DNA of 63,977 nucleotides, the filler included, from a bacterium (GTDB lineage Bacteria; JBBIVP01): the NCBI GenBank assembly GCA_037439705.1. It is 7 parts of 7 records of this genome, joined end to end, with 100 filler letters (N's around TTAATTAATTAA, not from the genome) between each part and the next. Parts side by side here need not be neighbours in the genome. Positions count along the whole stretch, not along the records: positions 20,720 to 30,929 come from JBBIVP010000064.1; positions 31,030 to 41,236 come from JBBIVP010000065.1; 5 more parts are not named here. The stretch is one strand, 5' to 3'. The position numbers and the translations under genes are program-made. Shown here in pieces: positions 30,299-38,601 of this stretch. The notes under the pieces were generated by a model. That model worked only from the letters and a program-made list of their open reading frames with translations. It had not been told where the DNA came from and searched no databases. How positions within the stretch are numbered: the first letter of the stretch is position 1; the number at the start of each line of letters is the position of its first letter.

Positions 30299-30595
30299 GT
30301 GAACGAGAAATTAAAGAAAATAACAAAAGTTCTTGTGAGTTTAAAAGAGCAAATAAGAAAGGAGTATAAAGCTGAAATAGTTGGAATATTTGGTTCTTAT
30401 GTGCGGGGTGATGAGAAAGAAGGTAGTGATTTGGATATTCTTGTGAACTTTCTTGAAGGAGCAACGCTACTTCATTTGGCAGGACTTGGAAATTTTCTTG
30501 AAGAAAAACTCTCATTAAAAGTGGATATCCTTCCGGTGGATACAATTAAAGAAGAAATTAAAGATTATATCCTGAAAGAAGCAATTTATTTATGA
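30299..30595 (+). CDS. MNT-family minimal nucleotidyltransferase (MntA-type antitoxin)
   Basis: GIFGSYVRGDEKEGSDLDILV signature. Confidence 0.9.
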   Translation: MNEKLKKITKVLVSLKEQIRKEYKAEIVGIFGSYVRGDEKEGSDLDILVNFLEGATLLHLAGLGNFLEEKLSLKVDILPVDTIKEEIKDYILKEAIYL

Positions 30596-30646
30596 GAAAT
30601 CCAAAACTTTATTTGAAGGAATATTCCCGATAACATCAAATTATGG
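30592..30646 (+). pseudogene. Remnant of cognate HEPN/DUF86 toxin
   Basis: ATGA-coupled MRNPKLYLK start, then an out-of-frame NIPDNIK fragment. Confidence 0.5.
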
Positions 30647-30753
30647 CCATATAAAATATTCAAGAAGGGGCATTCAAAAAAAGGAAAAAGGGGTAGGTCT
30701 TCAAATTTGACATAAAGTATTGATTTATGCCCGTAAAAAATAAAAAAATTAAG

Positions 30754-30929
30754 TGTACAAGATACAGGATATGGATTGGTAATATAAGAGGATTTTACAA
30801 GAGGAGGTTTCAGGATATGCTTTACAGTTTGAGAAGATTTTGAGTGTGTTAGATAATAGAAAGACCTCACAAATCCCTTAAATTTTCTCATTCAAACTCA
30901 TAAAATGTCGCATAAGTATATAACTTATA
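30754..30929 (+). mobile_element. IS481-like MITE, copy 2, at contig end
   Basis: 30776..30929 closely matches 5847..6017 with a 17-bp deletion. Candidate left end TGTACAAGATACA versus right end TGTATAAGTTATA. Confidence 0.65.
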
Positions 30930-31029
30930 NNNNNNNNNNNNNNNNNNNNNNNNNNNNNNNNNNNNNNNNNNNNTTAATTAATTAANNNNNNNNNNNNNNN
31001 NNNNNNNNNNNNNNNNNNNNNNNNNNNNN
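30930..31029. other. Artificial contig linker
   Basis: N44-TTAATTAATTAA-N44. Confidence 0.99.
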
Positions 31030-31521
31030 TTGAGTTATGCATTTTACCTTTTAAAATTGAGGGAATCTGGATTCAGTTCATCGCTTGTTCCCGCAGGATA
31101 TTTTCTTTTTAACATCGTATATGCAAGCGTCTCATACCCAGTTGGAATTTTATCAGATAGAATTGGTGGACTTAAAGTCCTTTTGATTGGATACATAATT
31201 CATACTCTTGTAAATTTTATTGCCATTTTCACATATTCGGTGCCTTCTGGAATATTCCTTATGCTTGCGTACGGAATAGGAATGGGAATAACCGAGGCAA
31301 TAGGAAGAAGAACAGTGGCTGACCTCTCAAAGGTTGGAGAAAGGGGAAGGGCTTACGGAATTTTTCATTTCCTTCTCGGGGTGGTAATTCTTCCTGCAAA
31401 TGCCATTGCTGGATTTTTGTGGGATAAATTCGGAAGCCATTGGACATTTATTTTTGCGACATCTATGTGTTTTATTTCCTTTATTATGATGGTATGCTAC
31501 CTGAAAATACAAAAGCAGTAA
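31030..31521 (+). CDS. MFS transporter, C-terminal part (5'-truncated)
   Basis: GILSDRIG motif A, ERGRAYG, multiple TM helices. Confidence 0.85.
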   Translation: MSYAFYLLKLRESGFSSSLVPAGYFLFNIVYASVSYPVGILSDRIGGLKVLLIGYIIHTLVNFIAIFTYSVPSGIFLMLAYGIGMGITEAIGRRTVADLSKVGERGRAYGIFHFLLGVVILPANAIAGFLWDKFGSHWTFIFATSMCFISFIMMVCYLKIQKQ

Positions 31522-32543
31522 TTTTTGAAGATAAAAACAGAGTTTCCATAAGAGAAATTCCTATAGGCACCTTAAAAAATGGTGAGATTTTACTGAAGGT
31601 GATTTTTTGTTCAATATGCGGAAGTGATATAAGAATGTTAAGACATGGGCACAGAAGGGTTAAGTTTCCAATTATTGCCGGTCATGAGATTCTTGGAGAG
31701 GTTTTTTACTCTAAAAACAAAAAATTCTCTGAAGGAGACCTGGTTGTTGTTCATCCCAGAATTGTCTGCAGAAAATGTATTTATTGTCAAAAAGTAGATT
31801 TCATACACTGCTCAAACACAAAAAGCATAGGATTTGACATACCGGGCGGATTTTCAGAGTACATAATCCTTCCAGAAGAACCAGTAGAAGGAGAAAATGT
31901 TTTAAAAGTTAGAAGTTCCGAAAAACACTATACCCTTTCAGAACCATTAGCGTGTGTTTTGAGGGTTTACAGAGAGAAATTACCCGAAGGTGAGGTGGGA
32001 ATTATAGGAGATGGTCCAATAGCATTTCTCCATGCTTTTTTCCTCAGAACAAAAGGAATAGATTCAAAAATTTTTGGAAAAAACAGATGGAGAATGGAAT
32101 TTTTAAGAAAACACGGGTTTAATGTCTGCAAAGAAGAAATCCCGGAGTCCTGTGATTTTATAATTATCTGTGCATCGCATTATTCGGCTTTTGAAAGGGG
32201 AATAAAAATGGCAAAAAAGGGAGGAACCATTATTGCCTTCAGCGGTATTGACGGAATTGTTAGAAACTCAAAATTCATTCTAAATCAAATCCATTATAAA
32301 GAGTTGAAAATTTCAGGATATCATGCCTCCCTTCCCGAAGATATGCCGGAAGCGTTAGGTTTTATTGAAAAATTTCCTTCTGTGGCGGAGATTATAACCC
32401 ACGAGTTTCCGCTTGAAAAATTTTTAGAAGGGATAAGGGTTCTTAAAAGAAGAAAGGCGATGAAGGTAATAATTACTTATGGAGAATATAGCAAAAACGA
32501 TTGTCTCTTGGATTCTATTTGCCAGAAATCTATGAAGTGGTAA
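31494..32543 (+). CDS. Zinc-dependent medium-chain alcohol dehydrogenase
   Basis: ICGSD, GHE, CRKCIYC...C and EPLAC motifs. Start placed at MLPENT. Confidence 0.88.
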   Translation: MLPENTKAVIFEDKNRVSIREIPIGTLKNGEILLKVIFCSICGSDIRMLRHGHRRVKFPIIAGHEILGEVFYSKNKKFSEGDLVVVHPRIVCRKCIYCQKVDFIHCSNTKSIGFDIPGGFSEYIILPEEPVEGENVLKVRSSEKHYTLSEPLACVLRVYREKLPEGEVGIIGDGPIAFLHAFFLRTKGIDSKIFGKNRWRMEFLRKHGFNVCKEEIPESCDFIIICASHYSAFERGIKMAKKGGTIIAFSGIDGIVRNSKFILNQIHYKELKISGYHASLPEDMPEALGFIEKFPSVAEIITHEFPLEKFLEGIRVLKRRKAMKVIITYGEYSKNDCLLDSICQKSMKW

Positions 32544-32574
32544 AATATATTCATGCTTTTAGAACAAAACTGCT

Positions 32575-33564
32575 GTGGAGGATAAAATGAAAAAAATTAA
32601 AAGAATTGGTTTACTGACAAGCGGAGGGGATGCACCTGGAATGAATGCCTGCATAAGAGCAGTTGTGAGAACCGCTATCAAAAAGGGGATTGATGTGATG
32701 GGGATAAAGAGGGGATATGAAGGGCTCATAAACGATGAAATAAAGAAACTTGAAAGGATAAGCGTATCCAATATAATCCACCTCGGAGGAACAATCCTCG
32801 GGACTTCAAGAAGTGAAGAATTTAAAACAAAGGAAGGAAGAAAAAAGGCGTTGGAAAACATCCAGAAGCACAAAATTGATTCACTTATTATTATAGGTGG
32901 AGATGGCTCATTCAGGGGAGCCAAAGAATTTTCCGATGAAACAGGAATTCCTGTTATAGGAATCCCTGGAAGCATTGACAATGATATTTACGGGACAGAT
33001 TACACAATTGGATTTGATACTGCTTTAAATACTGCTCTTGATGCGGTTGACAGAATAAGGGATACTGCAACTTCACACGAAAGGATTTTTTATGTTGAGG
33101 TGATGGGAAGGTTAAGCGGATTTATAGCCCTTGAATCAGCCATAGCAGGAGGAGCTGAAACTGTGATAATACCGGAAACAAAAACAAGCATTTCGGAGAT
33201 TGCTCATCTTATTAAAACAAGTTATGAGAAAGGTAAGAGGAGCATAATAATCATAGTTGCAGAAGGTGATGAATCTGGAAATGCCTTTCAAATAGCACAA
33301 AAGGTTTATAATATCACAAAACTGGACTACAGGGTCTGCATTCTCGGACACATCCAGAGGGGTGGAAGGCCAACTGCAAGAGATAGAATTCTTGCTACAA
33401 AACTCGGTTACTATGCGGTTGAAGGACTTCTTGATGGTGAAAGGGATGTTATGGTTGGAGAATTAAAGGGTGAAATCACATTTACTCCTCTTACCGAAGT
33501 GATAACAAAAAAGAAAATTCTTGATGCGAAACTTTCTTACCTCGTTGAACTTCTCGGAAAATAA
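32575..33564 (+). CDS. pfkA: ATP-dependent 6-phosphofructokinase
   Basis: TSGGDAPGMN, GGDGS, IDND, EVMGR and LGHIQRGG motifs. Confidence 0.97.
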   Translation: MEDKMKKIKRIGLLTSGGDAPGMNACIRAVVRTAIKKGIDVMGIKRGYEGLINDEIKKLERISVSNIIHLGGTILGTSRSEEFKTKEGRKKALENIQKHKIDSLIIIGGDGSFRGAKEFSDETGIPVIGIPGSIDNDIYGTDYTIGFDTALNTALDAVDRIRDTATSHERIFYVEVMGRLSGFIALESAIAGGAETVIIPETKTSISEIAHLIKTSYEKGKRSIIIIVAEGDESGNAFQIAQKVYNITKLDYRVCILGHIQRGGRPTARDRILATKLGYYAVEGLLDGERDVMVGELKGEITFTPLTEVITKKKILDAKLSYLVELLGK

Positions 33565-33565
33565 A

Positions 33566-35020
33566 CTATTCAACCTTTTTAGATAGAAAAGAAAACAGAG
33601 GCGTTATCAGGTCAAGAAAATCTCTTTCGTGATATAAAATCTGTGATGGAAATTTATCAATTTCCTTTTCAATGGCGCTCCTTATAGTTTTTTCACTTCT
33701 CCAATCCTGATAGATTTTAAAATCTAAATAATTTAGCCATATTCCGCCGCAGAAATTACACCTTCTCAAATTTATTTCTTCAGGGAGATTCCTGTCCTGA
33801 ATTCTACTTAGTGAAATTCCACAGCGAGGACAGATAAAATTTCCGCTTGATTCATACTTCTTCCACAACCTCTCCATATCAGGACGATTCAACTTTTGAC
33901 AGTCGGTAGAATTACCGATTGCATAGAGTTCCCATGCATCAAACCATATTCCTCCGCATTTTTGACACTGGTCAATTTTTACAAATGTGCCAATGGATGT
34001 TTTCATTGAGACTTCCCTCATTTCGCTTTCGCATTCCGGGCAGATAGCCGGTTCTTTTTCCGACATTTTTTTCAGAACCTCGGAAGGAGATACATGAGCC
34101 ATTCTCGCAAGTATCTCAATTCTTCTTTTTATCGGGGGATGGGTATTAAAAAGGTTAGAAAAGAAATCCTCTCTGTCGGATAAATCCCTTCTCATCGGGT
34201 CGGCAATAAATATGTGTGCAGTCGCATAATACCTTCCAGAGGCATTTTTGAGCCTGTTTGAATACTTCATTATCTTGTTTAACGCTTTAGCAAGAGCGAG
34301 TGGATTTCTTGTCAATTCAGCTGATATGGCATCTGCATTGTATTCTTTCCACCTTGAAATAGCCATGGTTGTAAGTCTTGAAATAAGAGGCGATAAAATT
34401 ACAAAAATCAGAACCAAAAATCCCGCTATCAGAAATGGAGTTTTTGCTAACCTTTTTATTTTAACCTTCCTGAAATAAAGACCTTTAAACCAGTCAGAAA
34501 CAAGGAGAAATGCTCCCCATGTTATTGAAAGCAATAAAAACAGAAGAGAATCCCTTGATTTTATGTGCCCGAATTCGTGGGCTACAACGCCCTGCAATTC
34601 TTCTCTTGTCATGCTATGTATAAGTCCAAGGGTCAAGCATAGATTGGCTCTTTCTGGTGAAAGTGCAATGACCATTGCGTTAGGAAATTCTTCGTTAATT
34701 ACATATACAGAAGGTTCCGGGACTCCCGCAGAAATGGAGATTTCTTTTACCACATTCATAGCCCTTTTGAAAGGCAGGGTTTTAAACTTTGAAATTGGTT
34801 CCGCTCCTAAAGCGATAAGAATAATTTTATCTCCGGACAGATAACCTGTTAAGGTAATAGCAGATGAAATCAAAAAGGCTAAAATTGTAAAAAGGGGAAA
34901 TTTAAGGGAATAGAAGAAAAAGTCAATAAATCCTCCCACCATCAAAAAGAAAAGTATGAAAAACAAAATGGAAATAAAAATTTTTCTATTGTTCTCTTTT
35001 TGAACTTCTAAAAAATCCAA
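33566..35020 (-). CDS. HtpX-like M48 zinc metalloprotease with two C-terminal zf-TFIIB-like zinc ribbons
   Basis: HEFGH, EYNAD and THPP motifs; CPEC...CQKCGGIWFD and CPRC...CNFCGGIWL. Confidence 0.85.
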   Translation of the reverse strand: MDFLEVQKENNRKIFISILFFILFFLMVGGFIDFFFYSLKFPLFTILAFLISSAITLTGYLSGDKIILIALGAEPISKFKTLPFKRAMNVVKEISISAGVPEPSVYVINEEFPNAMVIALSPERANLCLTLGLIHSMTREELQGVVAHEFGHIKSRDSLLFLLLSITWGAFLLVSDWFKGLYFRKVKIKRLAKTPFLIAGFLVLIFVILSPLISRLTTMAISRWKEYNADAISAELTRNPLALAKALNKIMKYSNRLKNASGRYYATAHIFIADPMRRDLSDREDFFSNLFNTHPPIKRRIEILARMAHVSPSEVLKKMSEKEPAICPECESEMREVSMKTSIGTFVKIDQCQKCGGIWFDAWELYAIGNSTDCQKLNRPDMERLWKKYESSGNFICPRCGISLSRIQDRNLPEEINLRRCNFCGGIWLNYLDFKIYQDWRSEKTIRSAIEKEIDKFPSQILYHERDFLDLITPLFSFLSKKVE

Positions 35021-35022
35021 TG

Positions 35023-35574
35023 TCAGATACTGAGTTTTAAGGATGGAGCTTTCCGGGTTTCTTCCTCTGTCTCAAAAAGTTCAACTTCACGAAATCCAAA
35101 AATTTTTGCTATCAGGAATGAAGGAAAAATCCGCTGATAGATGTTGAACCTTGTTGCAATATCATTGTAAAACTGCCTTGCAAAAGCAATTTGATTTTCT
35201 GTCGTCCTGAGTTCTTCCTGAAGTTCTAAAAGGTTTTTATTGGATTTTAATTCTGGATAATTTTCAACCACAGCCAGCAATTTCATAATAGAATCACTCA
35301 ACTGAGATTCTGCTTTTCCCTTTTCCTTTATTCCCTCGGTCTGCATAGCCCTCGCTCTTGCTTCAGTCACTTTTATGAGGGTTTCCCTTTCAAATTTCAT
35401 GTATCCTTTGAGGAGTTCAACAAGATTCGGGATGAGGTCGTATCTTCTCTTCAACTGAACATCTATCTGCCTCCATGCATTCTGAACATGAGCGCGAAGC
35501 CTAACAAGTTTGTTAAAAGTAAATAAAACCCATAATATTATAACCAGAATTACTGCTAAAATCAGATAACCCAC
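35023..35574 (-). CDS. lemA: LemA family protein
   Basis: QIDVQLKRRYDLIPNL, ENYPELK and ARQFYN motifs. Confidence 0.95.
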   Translation of the reverse strand: MGYLILAVILVIILWVLFTFNKLVRLRAHVQNAWRQIDVQLKRRYDLIPNLVELLKGYMKFERETLIKVTEARARAMQTEGIKEKGKAESQLSDSIMKLLAVVENYPELKSNKNLLELQEELRTTENQIAFARQFYNDIATRFNIYQRIFPSFLIAKIFGFREVELFETEEETRKAPSLKLSI

Positions 35575-35859
35575 CTATTCCCCTTCTGGAGTTACTGGCT
35601 GTTCCTGCTGAACTGGTTTATAGATTGTTTTATGAGTCTTTGTGATATAAGCAATTGAAAATGATGTAATGAGAAAAATTATTGCCGCCCACACTGTTAC
35701 TTTTTCAAGAATGTTGGCGGGTCCACCCACACCGAACAGGCTCTGTCCTGCTCCTCCAAAAGCCATCCCCAGATCAGTTCCTCTTCCAGATTGCAGTAAA
35801 ACCACGAGTATCAGGAACACACATGCAATTACATGAAGTGTTATAAGCAATGTATACAT
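35575..35859 (-). CDS. secG: Preprotein translocase subunit SecG
   Basis: VLLQSGRG...FGG, two TM helices. Confidence 0.93.
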   Translation of the reverse strand: MYTLLITLHVIACVFLILVVLLQSGRGTDLGMAFGGAGQSLFGVGGPANILEKVTVWAAIIFLITSFSIAYITKTHKTIYKPVQQEQPVTPEGE

Positions 35860-35926
35860 TTCATTTTCTAAATTAGCACAAATTTTTTTTAAATCAAGTA
35901 GTTTTTGTGGAACAATATGGAGATAA

Positions 35927-35973
35927 TTACCATAGAGAAAGAAGTTGGAGATTTGAGTTAAAAGGGATAAAAT
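35927..35973 (+). repeat. Dispersed repeat family X, copy A
   Basis: 41/47 identity to 41742..41788. Confidence 0.7.
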
Positions 35974-36516
35974 ATGAGCATGGAAAAGGAAGATATAAAT
36001 GCAAGCCTTTACAGGAAAAAAAGATACAGCACTCCTGACCAGTTTGTAGTTGACCTTCTTGAAAAAAGAAAAATGCTGAAAATCCTTTCCAAATATGCTC
36101 CATTTAGGAATGCTCTTGATATTCCCTGCGGGTACGGAAGAAATGCTGAAAGAATAAGAAAGTTCTCCAAAAACCTGGTCGGGTGTGATATATCAAAAAA
36201 TATGCTCCTTAAAGCAATTGAAAATTACGAGTACCTTGTCAGATGTGACATTAAAAACCTGCCTTTTAAAGATAACTCGTTTGACCTTGTGGTTTGTATA
36301 AGGCTTTTCCATCACTTTGAATTAGAAGAAATAAAAACATCCATTGATGAACTCTTGAGGGTTTCACGAAGTTTTATACTTTTCTCCTTTTACAAACCCG
36401 TAAAAATTCACAGATTTTTCCGAAAAATCAGAGGACTACCAGAAAGAATAAAAAGGCAGAAGTGCTACACTCAGAACCATTACTTCCCCTTATCTATGCG
36501 CAGCAATTTGTTTTGA
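35974..36516 (+). CDS. Class I SAM-dependent methyltransferase, possibly frameshifted near the C-terminus
   Basis: LDIPCGYGR and LPFKDNSFD motifs; a plausible C-terminus (PLLPLIYAQQFVLIKK) lies in another frame. Confidence 0.75.
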   Translation: MSMEKEDINASLYRKKRYSTPDQFVVDLLEKRKMLKILSKYAPFRNALDIPCGYGRNAERIRKFSKNLVGCDISKNMLLKAIENYEYLVRCDIKNLPFKDNSFDLVVCIRLFHHFELEEIKTSIDELLRVSRSFILFSFYKPVKIHRFFRKIRGLPERIKRQKCYTQNHYFPLSMRSNLF

Positions 36517-36600
36517 TAAAAAAATACCATAACACTCTTTAAGAACTTAAAAATCCAAACGGGTTATTGCCCTGTCCTGCCCCTCTATTTCTTAAGCTTT

Positions 36601-37430
36601 TCAATAAATGCCTTTATTAATATACAATTGCTCTTCAATCAAAAAGCGAGGAATATTTCTCACTTTTTGAATAAATCTACCAAACAACCTGTCAAATAAC
36701 CTGACAAAAAATCTTCTTATCCTTCTCAATTTTCTGAGTTTTATGAAGAGAAGGATTAAATTTTTAAAAATCCATGGATGGTTCATGCCCTTCATGTACT
36801 CCGAAATAAAAACCCTTTCAAATCCATGGAGGTCAATTCTTGAAATCTCAATTGCCCTTTTAAAAGCAGAAAGCGGTTTTCTTAAAATCCTTGCCCTGTT
36901 TATGTCAATAACATAAATTTTATCTCATTTAAGAAGAAAATTTGAAAGATTGAGGTCTCTGTGGTAAATAGATTTTTCGTGGATTTTTTTGTCAGTTCCG
37001 AAATCCTTTTTATTATAAACTCTTTCTCCCATCTGCTTTCAGTCTTAAGAAGGGCTTCGCGAGCGGTAAGATGCTCTCCTATATCCTCTGTAACATAAAT
37101 GTCCTCAACCACAAACCCCATTTTTCTTTTTTCAAATGAAAGAATGGATTCAGGAGTATCTATTCCATTTTTCCTCATATAAATACCTGTTAAAAAACAC
37201 CTGAAGGAAGAGGACATTCTTAACGGGCTGAAGATAAAAGAAAACGGTTTCTTTCTTTTGAAAATTTTAACGAAGAAATTTCTATTCCTGCAAGAAAATC
37301 TCCCAAGTATGTTAGGCCCCATCCTTACAATTTCACACTTTCCTTCCTTTATGAGTTTTAAAATCTCCCTCTTCTCCTCTTCGTTCAGAGAAGAAACAGT
37401 CCTTTCCACAAATTCACTTCTCAAATGCAA
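36601..37430 (-). pseudogene. Lipopolysaccharide kinase (Kdo/WaaP/InaA family), frameshift plus nonsense
   Basis: Frameshift in an A7 run (36984..36990). The shifted frame reads IYHRDLNLSNFLLK*DKIYVIDINRA (TGA at 36925..36927) and continues into ORF 36601..36795. Confidence 0.85.
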
Positions 37431-38601
37431 TAGCCGAAAAACTCACAACTGAACCGTCCTCCGGTGAATACGCATATTCATAGGAAAGAAGCCTTCCTTT
37501 TTGTTCATTCAGAATGGAAAGGAGAGTATATATGGCTGGAAATCCACAAATTTTCGTTCTGTTTTTTATTGTTTCAATCTCCCTGAAAAGAAAGGACGGA
37601 TTGCCTGTCAGTATTCTGTTTATGATTGCTTTATCTATTGCTTCCATAGCCGAAAGTTCCGAAAGTCCAAGAGGTGCTGGGTCTCCAAATCTGGGACCAA
37701 GATGGGAAAGGTCCGCAGCACATACCGCAAGAAAAATCCTCCCATTCAATACCTGTTTAAGTGCATAAACAAAATTTTTCAAATTTCCATCGTTAATCGG
37801 TTCAATGGCAAGTTCAACGAATTTTTCAAAGGAATTCACTAAAACGGGTATTATCTCAAACCCTGTTCCGTAAAGAAAACTCAAAAATAGAAGTGGGAAT
37901 TCAACGGAATGCTCGTTTTTGAATGCGAATTCCCCGGAGCAGAAATTTACTCCACACAGCTCATTGATTTTCCGTACGGATTCTTTATCGGTTTTTATTC
38001 TTCCAAAAGGTGTCATAAAATCCTTTTCAGTAAGAATGAAATAGGATTCATCCTCTGCAAAATGCGCTGTGCCGAGGATAAGAATTACATCAGGACACTC
38101 ATGCCCTTCCAGACAGGAAAATCCCTTCGCATAAACGCTCTTTCCCCTTTCCAAATCAATGTGTGGAACAATAAGTGCATTGCCATTGAACTGCTCTTTT
38201 CCGCCGATACTCAATATCCTTTCAAGATAACTTCTCAGTTCCATTTCATCAGTAGGATAAACCTTTCCCGCAAGAGCAGGTTCTCTGATAGCTGATGACC
38301 GAAATTCTTCTTCCATCTCCTTTTTCTTCCTCCAGAACCTTTCGTTGTTCAACATATAGTTTTCATCAAGCTTTCTTACCATTTCCTCTATCTGGTCAGA
38401 AAAGAGCATAATTCCGTGCCTTCTCATCCATTCCACCTGAAGGTCCTTTAAGTCTCTATTTCCATTCATAAGAAGAATCAGTGTAAGTAATTCTTCATCA
38501 ATGATAAGTGTGTTTTCCGAAATACCAAATGGGTCTCTCAAAATTACCTTCCCTCCTTTTAATGGAATTATATCTATCCTTCTTAATTGCGGTTTTTCCA
38601 C
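37414..38601 (-). CDS. AmmeMemoRadiSam system protein B (MEMO1 family) with N-terminal extension
   Basis: REPALAGKVYP, PHID, EHSVE, ADLSHLG and ICG motifs. Confidence 0.88.
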   Translation of the reverse strand: MEKPQLRRIDIIPLKGGKVILRDPFGISENTLIIDEELLTLILLMNGNRDLKDLQVEWMRRHGIMLFSDQIEEMVRKLDENYMLNNERFWRKKKEMEEEFRSSAIREPALAGKVYPTDEMELRSYLERILSIGGKEQFNGNALIVPHIDLERGKSVYAKGFSCLEGHECPDVILILGTAHFAEDESYFILTEKDFMTPFGRIKTDKESVRKINELCGVNFCSGEFAFKNEHSVEFPLLFLSFLYGTGFEIIPVLVNSFEKFVELAIEPINDGNLKNFVYALKQVLNGRIFLAVCAADLSHLGPRFGDPAPLGLSELSAMEAIDKAIINRILTGNPSFLFREIETIKNRTKICGFPAIYTLLSILNEQKGRLLSYEYAYSPEDGSVVSFSAIAFEK

